Source: Microcystis aeruginosa NIES-2549 (GTDB lineage: Bacteria; Cyanobacteriota; Cyanobacteriia; Cyanobacteriales; Microcystaceae). From it: a DNA stretch of 32,000 nt. Positions 1-10,364 of the stretch are shown here, in pieces; position 1 is the first letter of the stretch, and every line of letters starts with the position of its first letter. Location: positions 3,060,001 through 3,092,000 of the forward strand of contig NZ_CP011304.1 in NCBI RefSeq assembly GCF_000981785.2. Direction: 5' to 3'. The notes beneath the pieces were generated by a model. That model was not told the origin of the DNA, made no database searches, and worked only from the letters and a program-made list of their open reading frames with translations. A program made the position numbers and the translations under genes.

Positions 1-475
1 TAACTCGCATAGGAAACCCTACAGGTACTTTGTTCTAATTGTACTACAGCTTTTTTCAGTATCCTTATCCTTCTGAGGATTGATTTATTTAATCTGCTGA
101 CGGGGAAAATTGTAATGATTATTCACGAAAATCCTACATCGGTCTCTAGACTGCCTCTATCTTGACCCTTTTTGTCCCGGTTTGCCACGGTAAAACCCTG
201 TTTATCGAGTTTTTGTAAAGCTTTGGCGGTTTTTGTTTATTGTTTGTATTTAAATTAAATATATAAACAAAGCTGTTTTTATAAGTTTTTATCAATTTCA
301 GAGACTCTATAAGCTCTAAAAAATTATATAAATAATTTTTACTCTTTTAATCTCACTCTAGCTATAGCAGACAAAAATTGAGCCTCTTTCCAAGGAGTGG
401 GGAGATGGTCAATAATTGCGATCAAAGCAATGATAAACAAACTCACCATTCAAGCGCACATTTAGGAGAACTTCC

Positions 476-1345
476 ATGCCTTTAACACTCGCAGTCTACG
501 GAAAAGGTGGCATCGGTAAATCGACAACAAGCTGTAATATTTCGGCCGCTTTAGCCAAAAGAGGTAAAAAAGTCCTACAAATAGGCTGTGATCCCAAGCA
601 TGATAGCACTTTCACCCTGACAGGCTTTCTTATTCCCACAATCATCGATACCCTGCAAGAAAAAGATTTTCACTACGAAGACATCTGGCCCGAAGACGTT
701 ATCTATGAGGGTTACGGTGGTGTCAAATGTGTGGAAGCAGGTGGCCCTCCGGCCGGTGCCGGTTGTGGCGGTTACGTCGTCGGGGAAACGGTAAAATTAT
801 TAAAAGAATTGAACGCTTTTGATGAATTTGACGTGATTTTGTTCGATGTTTTGGGGGATGTGGTCTGTGGAGGATTTGCCGCACCCTTAAATTACGCCGA
901 TTACTGCATAATTGTCACAGATAACGGCTTTGATGCTCTTTTTGCCGCCAATCGCATCGCTGCTTCCGTCCGCGAAAAAGCGCGCACCCATCCCCTGCGA
1001 CTAGCCGGATTAATTGGTAATCGCACCTCAAAACGCGATTTAATTAATAAATATGTAGATCATGTTCCCATGCCAGTGTTAGAAGTTTTACCCTTAATTG
1101 AAGATATTCGCGTCTCCAGAGTTAAAGGTCAAACTCTCTTTGAAATGGCCGACAAGGATCCGATGTTAAGTTATGTTTGTGAATATTATCTCAACATTGC
1201 CGATCAGATTTTAGCCAAACCAGAAGGAGTTATTCCCAAAGAATCTGCCGACCGGGAATTATTCACTTTATTATCGGATTTCTATCTTAATGCCGATAAA
1301 CCCAAAGTTAACGCCGAGGAAGAATTAGACCTGATGATGGTTTAG
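476..1345 (+). CDS. chlL: Light-independent protochlorophyllide reductase (DPOR) iron-sulfur ATP-binding subunit ChlL
   Basis: 289-aa ORF with a NifH-like P-loop ([11 protein letters not shown]) and Cys motifs [11 protein letters not shown] and VVCGGFA. An aggag sits 7 nt before the ATG. chlN lies downstream in the same orientation. Confidence 0.97.
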   Translation: MPLTLAVYGKGGIGKSTTSCNISAALAKRGKKVLQIGCDPKHDSTFTLTGFLIPTIIDTLQEKDFHYEDIWPEDVIYEGYGGVKCVEAGGPPAGAGCGGYVVGETVKLLKELNAFDEFDVILFDVLGDVVCGGFAAPLNYADYCIIVTDNGFDALFAANRIAASVREKARTHPLRLAGLIGNRTSKRDLINKYVDHVPMPVLEVLPLIEDIRVSRVKGQTLFEMADKDPMLSYVCEYYLNIADQILAKPEGVIPKESADRELFTLLSDFYLNADKPKVNAEEELDLMMV

Positions 1346-1356
1346 ATTATTTTGTC

Positions 1357-1486
1357 GGGTGGGTTAGGGACAGCGTAACCCACCAATAACCACCAATAAC
1401 CACCAATAAACTCTTTTTATGGGTGGGTTACGGCGAAGAATTAACTTATTAGTTAATAGCCTAACTTATCGTCGCCTAACCCACCC
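1357..1486. repeat. Cluster of GGGTGGGTTA / TAACCCACC(C) inverted repeats forming two hairpins (1358-1384 and 1421-1486)
   Basis: GGTGGGTTA (1358-1366) pairs with TAACCCACC (1376-1384). GGGTGGGTTAcGGCGA (1421-1436) pairs with TCGCCTAACCCACCC (1472-1486), with an inner ATTAAC/GTTAAT palindrome. The cluster lies between the chlL stop and the next gene. Confidence 0.8.
1381..1409. repeat. Tandem decamer CACCAATAAC x3 (last copy 9 nt)
   Basis: Read directly: caccaataac caccaataac caccaataa. Confidence 0.95.
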
Positions 1487-1583
1487 TACCCACGAATTTT
1501 ATCGAGGACTCGATGATGATAATTTTTCCCTCTCATTGGGAATTCTAATAGAGAGAACATTATTATTCAGTCAAGGGGACAAA

Positions 1584-3765
<2,182 letters not shown>

Positions 3766-3793
3766 ATTTGTTTTCAAAAGGCTACAATCATCA

Positions 3794-3823
3794 GGTAAGG
3801 AAAATTAATTCCTTACCTTTTTT
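3794..3823 (+). terminator. Rho-independent terminator after chlN
   Basis: GGTAAGGAA..TTCCTTACC stem followed by TTTTTT. Confidence 0.65.
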
Positions 3824-3935
3824 CCTGTGATTGTTTGCCGATTCTGAGGACAATTCTTGTTCAAATGCTCAACAAGTGCATAAAATAAAAGTATCGTCTC
3901 CTTTATTCCTTAGAGACTTTTAGGGTTAATATGCA

Positions 3936-5228
3936 ATGCTCATCGGATTTAGTGTCGGCAATTATCGCTCTTTTAAAGATGTAGTAACTCTCAGTATGGT
4001 AGCTGCAGAGGATGCCTGTAGTAATGATGAGCTTGATAAAAATAATGTTTTTAAGGTTAATCAACAATTTAGTTTACTGAAAAGTGCCGCTATTTATGGA
4101 GCAAATGCCAGTGGTAAGAGTAATTTAATTCTGGCATTCAATTTTATGCGACGGTTTGTCATGAATTCTGCAAAATTACAAATCACTGACAAAATAGATG
4201 TGGAACCCTTTAGATTAAATACCGAAACTGTTGATAAACCATCCTTTTTTGAAATAGTTTTTCAGCTAAAAAATAAAACTTATAGATATGGATTTGAAGT
4301 AACTCAAAAGCGAGTAGTTTCCGAATGGTTATTTTGTACGCCCAGAAGTCGTGAAACTAAAATTTTTAATCGGCAAGACGATAAAATAGAATATAGCAAA
4401 AATATTGAACAAGGTAATATACTAAGAGGATTGACCAAAAAAAATACTCTGTTTTTATCACTAGCGGCTCAATTTAATAATTCTCTAGCGGTGGAAATTG
4501 TCTCTTGGTTTAGTCACTTAGGTGTTGTGTCTGGGTTAGATGTGGAATTATTAAAAGCGATTACGCTTGAGCATCTTTCTAATAGACAAGATTTGATTGA
4601 TGATGTGATTAAGTTAATTAAAAAATTAGATTTAAGTATTGACAATCTCAACCTAGAAATAGAAAGCAGAAAAATTTCCTTAGACAGTCTCCCGCAAGAT
4701 TTACCGGATGTTGTCAGAAATATCATCAGTCACTCTAGCGGTGAAATAAAGTCCGCTACCATAAAAACCTATCATCCAAAGTATGACTCAACAGGTAAAA
4801 TGATTGAGTTAGAAATTTTTGATATGGACAATCATGAATCTGATGGAACTAAAAAGATTTTGGCTCTGTCAGCACCGATTTTAGACACTTTGCAAAGAGG
4901 GGAAGTTTTAGTAATTGATGAATTGGATGCCAGACTTCATCCTTTAATGACTAGAAGTATAATCGAATTATTTAATTCTCAGAAAACTAATCCCAAAAAT
5001 GCTCAACTTATTTTTACTACTCACGATATTAATTTACTTAGTCATAAATTTTTAAGGAGGGATCAAATTTGGTTTACCGAAAAAAATCATCAAGGAGCAA
5101 CAGATTTATATTCTTTGGTGGAATTTGCTGATATTAATAATAATAATACCTTTGAAAAAGATTATATTCAAGGTCGTTATGGAGCAATACCTTTTATTGG
5201 TGATTTAAGTACAATTATTGGTAATTAG
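3936..5228 (+). CDS. ABC/SMC-like AAA ATPase (AAA_15/AAA_21 type), AbiLi/RloA-like
   Basis: 430 aa. Motifs: Walker A GANASGKSN, Walker B VLVIDELDARLHP, then IFTTHD, and C-terminal YIQGRYGAIPFIG. The gene is AT-rich relative to its neighbours by eye. Confidence 0.85.
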   Translation: MLIGFSVGNYRSFKDVVTLSMVAAEDACSNDELDKNNVFKVNQQFSLLKSAAIYGANASGKSNLILAFNFMRRFVMNSAKLQITDKIDVEPFRLNTETVDKPSFFEIVFQLKNKTYRYGFEVTQKRVVSEWLFCTPRSRETKIFNRQDDKIEYSKNIEQGNILRGLTKKNTLFLSLAAQFNNSLAVEIVSWFSHLGVVSGLDVELLKAITLEHLSNRQDLIDDVIKLIKKLDLSIDNLNLEIESRKISLDSLPQDLPDVVRNIISHSSGEIKSATIKTYHPKYDSTGKMIELEIFDMDNHESDGTKKILALSAPILDTLQRGEVLVIDELDARLHPLMTRSIIELFNSQKTNPKNAQLIFTTHDINLLSHKFLRRDQIWFTEKNHQGATDLYSLVEFADINNNNTFEKDYIQGRYGAIPFIGDLSTIIGN

Positions 5229-5229
5229 T

Positions 5230-5874
5230 ATGAGTAACAATAGGAATACTTCTGATTATTTGCGTCGCCAAACTAAGACTAGAGAAACAAGAAAAAGATT
5301 TTTAATTATTTGCGAGGGAGAAAAAACTGAAGTTAACTATTTTAAGGCTTTTACTGTTCCTAAGAAAATTGAAGTTAGGGTGAAAGGTGAAGGTAAAAAT
5401 AGCTTGAGTTTAGTAGAAAAAGCTATTAAGATGATAGATAATCTAAAAAAAGATGACTCATTTGATCAAATCTGGTGCGTTTTTGATAAAGATAACTGTT
5501 CTAAAGAGCAATTTAATCAAGCAGAAGGACTGGCTAAAGAACAAAATATCAAGATTGCCTATTCTAATGAAGCTTTTGAAATTTGGTTTATTTTACACTT
5601 TCAATATCTGGATATTGCCACATCCCGAAGTGAATACCCAAAAATTTTAAATACCCAGATGAAAAAGTGTAAATTATTAAACGAAAAAGAACAATATGCA
5701 AAAAATCGAGAGGATATGTACGAAAAATTAAAGCCATACCAGACAACAGCAATCACTAATGCAGCAAAACTTATTCAAGATAGAGATGAAGCAAAAAAAC
5801 ATCCTTTTGATGCCAATCCCTCAACCACAGTGCAGGAATTAGTGCAAGAACTTAACATCAATAGTCGTCCTTAA
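5230..5874 (+). CDS. RloB-like (Toprim-type) protein, AbiLii-like partner of the upstream ATPase
   Basis: Motifs FLIICEGEKTEVNYF, IWCVFDKD and AYSNEAFEIWFILHF. I prefer ATG 5230, one nt after the upstream TAG. The track start at 5218 is a TTG that overlaps the upstream gene. Confidence 0.85.
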   Translation: MSNNRNTSDYLRRQTKTRETRKRFLIICEGEKTEVNYFKAFTVPKKIEVRVKGEGKNSLSLVEKAIKMIDNLKKDDSFDQIWCVFDKDNCSKEQFNQAEGLAKEQNIKIAYSNEAFEIWFILHFQYLDIATSRSEYPKILNTQMKKCKLLNEKEQYAKNREDMYEKLKPYQTTAITNAAKLIQDRDEAKKHPFDANPSTTVQELVQELNINSRP

Positions 5875-5985
5875 GCTTGATTCTATTTTGTCAATAATTA
5901 AATATTTAATTTCAATTTAAACCTAAAGTTGTTATAATAACTAAAAGCCTATTTAACCAAAGTAACTGCTCTTAATTTGATTTAA

Positions 5986-6789
5986 ATGTCCAATAACTTA
6001 TCTCACCAAAAACCCTATCATCTCAACTTTAGCAGTGAGGATTTAGGCACGGCAAAACCGACTATCACCCTATTATCGGGGGAACCAGAACGCTCGCGCT
6101 ATATTGCTGAAACTTATTTACAAAATGCACGTTTACTATCGGATTATCGCGGATTAAATAGTTATCTTGGCTACCTGGATAATTCTACCCCAATCCTTCT
6201 GGCTACCAGTGGTATGGGTGCGCCATCTTTGAGTATTGTGGTTAATGAATTAATACAGGTGGGAATTAAAACTATTATTCGTATCGGTACTTGTGGCGCA
6301 ATTCAAAATAGAATAAAAATCGGTGATATTATTATCTCGCAAGCGGCTTTATGTAGGCAAGGTGCAGCTAATGATATTGCTCCTCTGGAATATCCCGCAG
6401 TGGCGGATCCTTTTTTGACAGTTGCTCTAGTCAAATCGGCTCAATTTTTGGGAGTAAATTATCATTTAGGTATTACCGCTTCTGTGGATAGTTTTTATGA
6501 AGGACAGGAAAGAATTGTGTCTTCTGCTAACCCTTATCTTCAGCGTCACTTAGAGGGAATCACGGAAGAATATCGACGTTTAAATATTCTCAATTATGAA
6601 ATGGAAGCGGGAACTTTATTTAAAATGGCGGGGGTTTATGGATTTACTTCCGCTTGTGTTTGTGCTGTGATTGCCGCAAGAAGTAAAGAGGAAGGGATTA
6701 GTTTAGAAAGCAAACAACAGGCTATCGAAAAAGCGATTCAGGTGGCAATATTGACCGTTAGCAACCTCTCCCTATCCTCAATTAATTAA
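5986..6789 (+). CDS. Nucleoside phosphorylase, PNP/UDP family 1 (uridine/purine nucleoside phosphorylase-like)
   Basis: 267 aa. Motifs LLSGEPERSRYIA, GMGAPSLSIVVNEL, IRIGTCGA and NYEMEAGTLF are typical of Udp/DeoD hexameric phosphorylases. Confidence 0.85.
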   Translation: MSNNLSHQKPYHLNFSSEDLGTAKPTITLLSGEPERSRYIAETYLQNARLLSDYRGLNSYLGYLDNSTPILLATSGMGAPSLSIVVNELIQVGIKTIIRIGTCGAIQNRIKIGDIIISQAALCRQGAANDIAPLEYPAVADPFLTVALVKSAQFLGVNYHLGITASVDSFYEGQERIVSSANPYLQRHLEGITEEYRRLNILNYEMEAGTLFKMAGVYGFTSACVCAVIAARSKEEGISLESKQQAIEKAIQVAILTVSNLSLSSIN

Positions 6790-6998
6790 TGTTCAGAAAT
6801 CATTTTCATTAAGACTTCCTCTTTTTCCTGACTTTCGGGATAACAGGAGATAAGTTTAGCGCGTAATTCCTGGGACAAAATAATCGATCACCTTGTCTAA
6901 GTAGGGTACATTAATTGGCTCAAAAAAGTGTATTTTGTTGCGAATATGTAATGATTTTTGACAAAAGTAAATTCTCACCCCAAAAAATTCGCTTCTTC

Positions 6999-7041
6999 CT
7001 AGTCTTCTAAGCTAATCTTGACTGGATTAACTTGCCATCGG
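6999..7041 (-). pseudogene. Relic of a glycogen phosphorylase 3-prime end (last 13 codons plus stop)
   Basis: The reverse strand reads R W Q V N P V K I S L E D stop. The real GlgP C-terminus at 13679-13720 reads I W K V N P V K I S L E D stop. The nucleotide match is about 31/35, with three of the four differences synonymous (L, S, P codons) and one replacing K with Q. No intact ORF lies upstream. Confidence 0.45.
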
Positions 7042-7205
7042 TAAAGTCAAAACCTTTAGCGACGAGACGATTATAAAGTCGCGGACAAGCTAAAGCGAGG
7101 GATTTTCCTTACGGCATCCTTAACCGCTTTTTTGCTTTGGTGGTATTAGGAGCTAATAAGATGAGATAATAGAAAAAAATTGGTTTTGGCTTTAAGGATG
7201 GTATT

Positions 7206-7607
7206 ATGTCAGACGCAACTCGTTTAACACCGGACAAAATTGCTCAGTACCGTATTCAATTTGCCGACAATGAGAACGCTTTAATTGCACTTGATGTTAT
7301 TGAGGAATGGGAGGTAGATTTAGCAGATGCTGCTGAATCTATTGCCACTCGTAACGGTATTGAAGGGGTAGAAGATAATGCTGATTTTCGTTGGTTTGTT
7401 ATTATTCTTAATAAATGCCGTGATTCTATCTGTCAATCGAAGTTGCGAGAAAAATATTTACCCGCACTTATTCCTACTCTAACAGGTATTATTGTAGGAT
7501 ATATTATATTATCTCCGCAAGTCGCAGGAATTTTATCAACTATAGTTGCTGTTTATATTCAAGAGCAAGGACTCGATAAGTTTTGTCAAAATTATTCCGA
7601 TTCTTAA
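7206..7607 (+). CDS. Hypothetical protein with an acidic N-terminal half and a hydrophobic C-terminal segment
   Basis: 133-aa ORF with no motif I recognise. The hydrophobic stretch LPALIPTLTGIIVGYIILSPQVAGILSTIVAVYI suggests 1-2 TM helices. Confidence 0.5.
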   Translation: MSDATRLTPDKIAQYRIQFADNENALIALDVIEEWEVDLADAAESIATRNGIEGVEDNADFRWFVIILNKCRDSICQSKLREKYLPALIPTLTGIIVGYIILSPQVAGILSTIVAVYIQEQGLDKFCQNYSDS

Positions 7608-7626
7608 ACGGTTGAACGGATAAGAC

Positions 7627-7725
7627 ATGATCGAAATTCGCCAGACTAAAACTTATTCTGAGTGGTTTAGTGCTTTGCGCGATCGCCAAGCAAAAGCGCG
7701 TATAGACATTCGTATTCGTCACTAG
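7627..7725 (+). pseudogene. Truncated addiction-module killer (RelE/ParE superfamily) toxin remnant
   Basis: The 32-codon ORF MIEIRQTKTYSEWFSALRDRQAKARIDIRIRH matches the conserved N-terminus of killer proteins, which normally run about 95-100 aa. It ends at a TAG, a second TAG follows two codons later, and then comes the antidote RBS. Confidence 0.65.
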
Positions 7726-7754
7726 GTTTAGCCGGCGACTTATAGGAGGTATTT

Positions 7755-8045
7755 ATGGCTACTATCCAAACCTATCCTTGGAATGCTGCAGATCATCTGC
7801 AAACACAAGAAGATATAGCGGCATATCTTGAAGCTGCTCTCGAAGATGGTGATCCGAGTTTAATAATAGCAGCATTAGGTGATATTGCCCGCGCTAAAGG
7901 AATGACAAATATTGCCAGTGAAACAGGGTTAGAAAGTGAAAATCTCTGCAAAGATTTGTTAAGCGAAGGTAATCTAGAGTTTACTACAGTTATTAAGATT
8001 TTACAGGCATTTGGATTACGTCTCCAGATTGTACCCATTACCTAA
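7755..8045 (+). CDS. Addiction-module antidote protein (HigA-type, XRE-like HTH)
   Basis: 96 aa. The sequences PWNAADHLQTQEDIAAYLEAALEDGDPSLI..ALGDIARAKGMT.IA..TGL and FTTVIKILQAFGLRL are typical of this antidote family. aggagg lies 6 nt before the ATG. Confidence 0.85.
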   Translation: MATIQTYPWNAADHLQTQEDIAAYLEAALEDGDPSLIIAALGDIARAKGMTNIASETGLESENLCKDLLSEGNLEFTTVIKILQAFGLRLQIVPIT

Positions 8046-8057
8046 TTCTTCTGACTC

Positions 8058-8947
8058 TTAAATCCCTGTTGCGATAAATGCCGTCCAATAATAGGGATTG
8101 GCAAAGGGATAGGGTTGACGTTTAACCGCAGCTTCTAATAAGTCTTGGAATTTTCTTCTATCCCGTTTACTCTCAAAGACTCGATCGAGTAATTGTTGGA
8201 ATTTTTGACTATCTTTAATTCTGGCTAATTTTTTACTATTCAATGTTCTTAACCATGTTTGTGTATTATTTAAAACAATGGCAATACTCCCTTGATCTTG
8301 GATAGAAATCCGTTTAAGATCGTGATAAAATTTAGTCATAAATAACGTATTTGTTAGGGGATATACTGTCCAAAGGGTACTAACTACACTAGAACTTCCT
8401 GCAAATAGAAAACCACTGGGTAACCCCACATATTCATCACTAATACTATCAGCTTTACTTTCGATTATACCACTTTCACAAGCAGAAAAAGTAACTAAGC
8501 GGCATTCTCTTAAGTCAAATTTTTCAAATACTTCTGCTAGGGTTAGGTTAGCTAATTCTCCTAAGTTACCGTCTGGATCTGCTAACATTAATGCGGAGTC
8601 TCTAGGGGATTTACTATCAAATTTTCCATGACAGGAAAAATGAATACAATGGGATGCTTGTAATTCTTGACGACGGTTTTCTAGGGTTTGTTCTGATGCT
8701 TCTAATTCCCCAATAATAATAGTTTTTTCAGTAGCAAATACTTGACTAATTCTCTCGATTTTTAGATTTGCACCTAAGAGAGGTTTTAGGTCTTTTCTGG
8801 TGGGGTTTTTAATGGCAAAAAGACGAGTAAAGTTTTCTCGCTGTGATAATTTTACCAGTTTTAAAAGTTGGCAACTGGGAACGTATCCTACACCATTAGA
8901 AAAGCGTTGATAGAGAAATTGTCCATTGTTTAGGGGTAAACAATGAA
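8058..8947 (-). pseudogene. C-terminal fragment of a CHAT-domain (caspase-like) protein, cut at its 5-prime side by the ISL3 element
   Basis: The frame is open from 8058 up to the IS boundary, whereas the track shows it only from Met at 8588. It translates to LHCLPLNNGQF...GYVPSCQLL...ASHCIHFSCHGKF...RLVTFSACESG...GLPSGFLFAGSSSVVSTLW. The His (HFSCHG) and Cys (SACESG) dyad motifs are both present. There is no start codon or N-terminal region. Confidence 0.8.
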
Positions 8948-10364
8948 GGCTCTTCCGAACTTGTCATGTAAAATTAAAAAAAAACAGACAATTATTGCTG
9001 ACCAATAAAACAATAATTTATCTTTAAAAGCTGACTATGCTTGCAATACAGCAATTTATTGTTTAAAATATAGACAGCCAAGACCAGCAATTTTAGACAC
9101 AAGCTATACTTATGCCATCAAATCCACAATTAAAGTTAATGACCGAGCTACTTCACCTAGAAGGAGTTGTCGTTACCAATTATCAAATTATTACCGATAT
9201 AGGAATTGTTTTACATTTAGAAAATATGTCAAGAGAAAGCCAGTGCATTCATTGTGGAAGTAAAACGGAAAAAGTTCATCAAAACAATGAATTAACAATC
9301 CGAGATTTACCCTTTGGAGAACAGGCATTATATCTGAGAATCAATCGTCGTCAGATGAGATGCGAGAAATGTGGGAAAAAATTCACAGAAGAACTAAATT
9401 ATTTGCCGAAGAAAAGAACCTACACAGACAGATTTAGAAAAAAAATAGTGGCCGAAGTCCTGAATAGTGATCTCAAAAATACGGCAGAAAGAAATGGAGT
9501 AAGCGAACAAGAAATAGAGACGATGCTCAAAGACTTAGGAGAAGAGTTAATAACCGCAAAACCTCAAGGGCTAAAAAAACTAGGAATAGATGAAATAGCC
9601 ATGATAAAGGGAAAAGGAAATTACTATGCTGTGTTAGTAAATATAGACACAGGAAAAATTATAGGCTTAGGGGAAAAAAGAACAGAAGAAGCATTAACAG
9701 AATATCTGAAACACTGGGGAGAAGAGGTTTTGAGCCAAATAGAGGAAGTAAGTATAGACCTGTGGATAGGGTATAAAAATGTGGCAGAAAAACTAATGTC
9801 TCAAGCTCAAATAGTAGGGGATAGATTCCATGTAATGAAACAAGTAAATAACGAGCTAGATGAAGCAAGAAAGGAGGTAAAAAGAGAGGCAGCTAAGATA
9901 AAAAACAAGAAAAATAAAGAAAATATCTTAGCAGGAATAGCCAAGAGCAAATATGCCTTATTAAAGAATGAAGGAGACTTAGTAGAGAAAGAAAGGAAAA
10001 AATTGGAAGAAATATATAAAGTGTCTCCAAAACTTGGGGAAATGCACAAATTAAAAGAGGAATTTAGAGAAGTATTTGAGAAAAATACGGAGGGGAATGA
10101 GGGATTATTTGCCTTGAGTGATTGGCTCAAAAAGGCGATGGCTTACTTTCCTAAAAGCTGCCAGACAATTCGGCGGTGGATTGACGAAATAACTGCCTAT
10201 TTTGATAACCGAACAACCCAGGGAACAGTTGAAGGAATTAATAATAAACTGAAGGTGATTAAAAGGAGAGGCTATGGATTTAGAAACTTTAAAAACTTTA
10301 GTCTTAGATGTTTATTAAATTGGCATTTTGCTAGTTGATTTTACATGGTAAGTTCGGAAGAACC
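8948..10364 (+). mobile_element. ISL3-family insertion sequence, apparently intact (1417 bp)
   Basis: The terminal inverted repeats are GGCTCTTCCGAACTTGTCATGTAAAAT (8948-8974) and the reverse complement of 10338-10364, GGTTCTTCCGAACTTACCATGTAAAAT. They enclose one transposase ORF. The 8-bp flanks differ (acaatgaa vs ggatttct), so there is no target duplication. Confidence 0.85.
9112..10338 (+). CDS. ISL3 family transposase
   Basis: 408 aa. The N-terminal zinc-finger region is CIHCGS...CEKCGKKF. The body (DEIAMIKG..YYAVLVN, DRFHVMKQVN, ..EGINNKLKVIKRRGYGFRNF) is typical of ISL3 DDE transposases. Confidence 0.9.
   Translation: MPSNPQLKLMTELLHLEGVVVTNYQIITDIGIVLHLENMSRESQCIHCGSKTEKVHQNNELTIRDLPFGEQALYLRINRRQMRCEKCGKKFTEELNYLPKKRTYTDRFRKKIVAEVLNSDLKNTAERNGVSEQEIETMLKDLGEELITAKPQGLKKLGIDEIAMIKGKGNYYAVLVNIDTGKIIGLGEKRTEEALTEYLKHWGEEVLSQIEEVSIDLWIGYKNVAEKLMSQAQIVGDRFHVMKQVNNELDEARKEVKREAAKIKNKKNKENILAGIAKSKYALLKNEGDLVEKERKKLEEIYKVSPKLGEMHKLKEEFREVFEKNTEGNEGLFALSDWLKKAMAYFPKSCQTIRRWIDEITAYFDNRTTQGTVEGINNKLKVIKRRGYGFRNFKNFSLRCLLNWHFAS

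Noticed and set aside
95-235. A possible HicA-like toxin remnant on the minus strand upstream of chlL (..TAKALQKLDKQGFTVANRDKKGQDRGS..).
   Set aside because: It is only about 35 codons, with no start codon and no clear partner antitoxin. The resemblance to the HicA K.L.K.GF...KGSH pattern is too weak to call without a search.
1419-1583. N-terminal extension of the DUF5331-like ORF, using the track start at 1419.
   Set aside because: The extension is translated straight through the GGGTGGGTTA hairpin repeats and gives low-complexity sequence. ATG 1584 has an RBS-like aagggga, and the conserved module begins there.
5986-6789. The nucleoside phosphorylase as a third (effector) gene of the AbiL-like module, since PNP-type domains serve as nucleotide-depleting effectors in some defence systems.
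   Set aside because: It is a complete, canonical stand-alone Udp/DeoD-type enzyme with no sensor or fusion domain. It has normal-looking composition, unlike the AT-rich pair. It is separated from the pair by 111 bp of promoter-like AT-rich spacer. A housekeeping role is the simpler reading.
7042-7140. Extending the glgP relic further upstream. A frame reads ..VRKIPRFSLSATL.., faintly like GlgP ..VRMAKFSSDRTI..
   Set aside because: The spacing to the conserved tail differs by 5 codons and the frame has three stops. The similarity is too weak to assert by eye, so only the final 13 codons are annotated.
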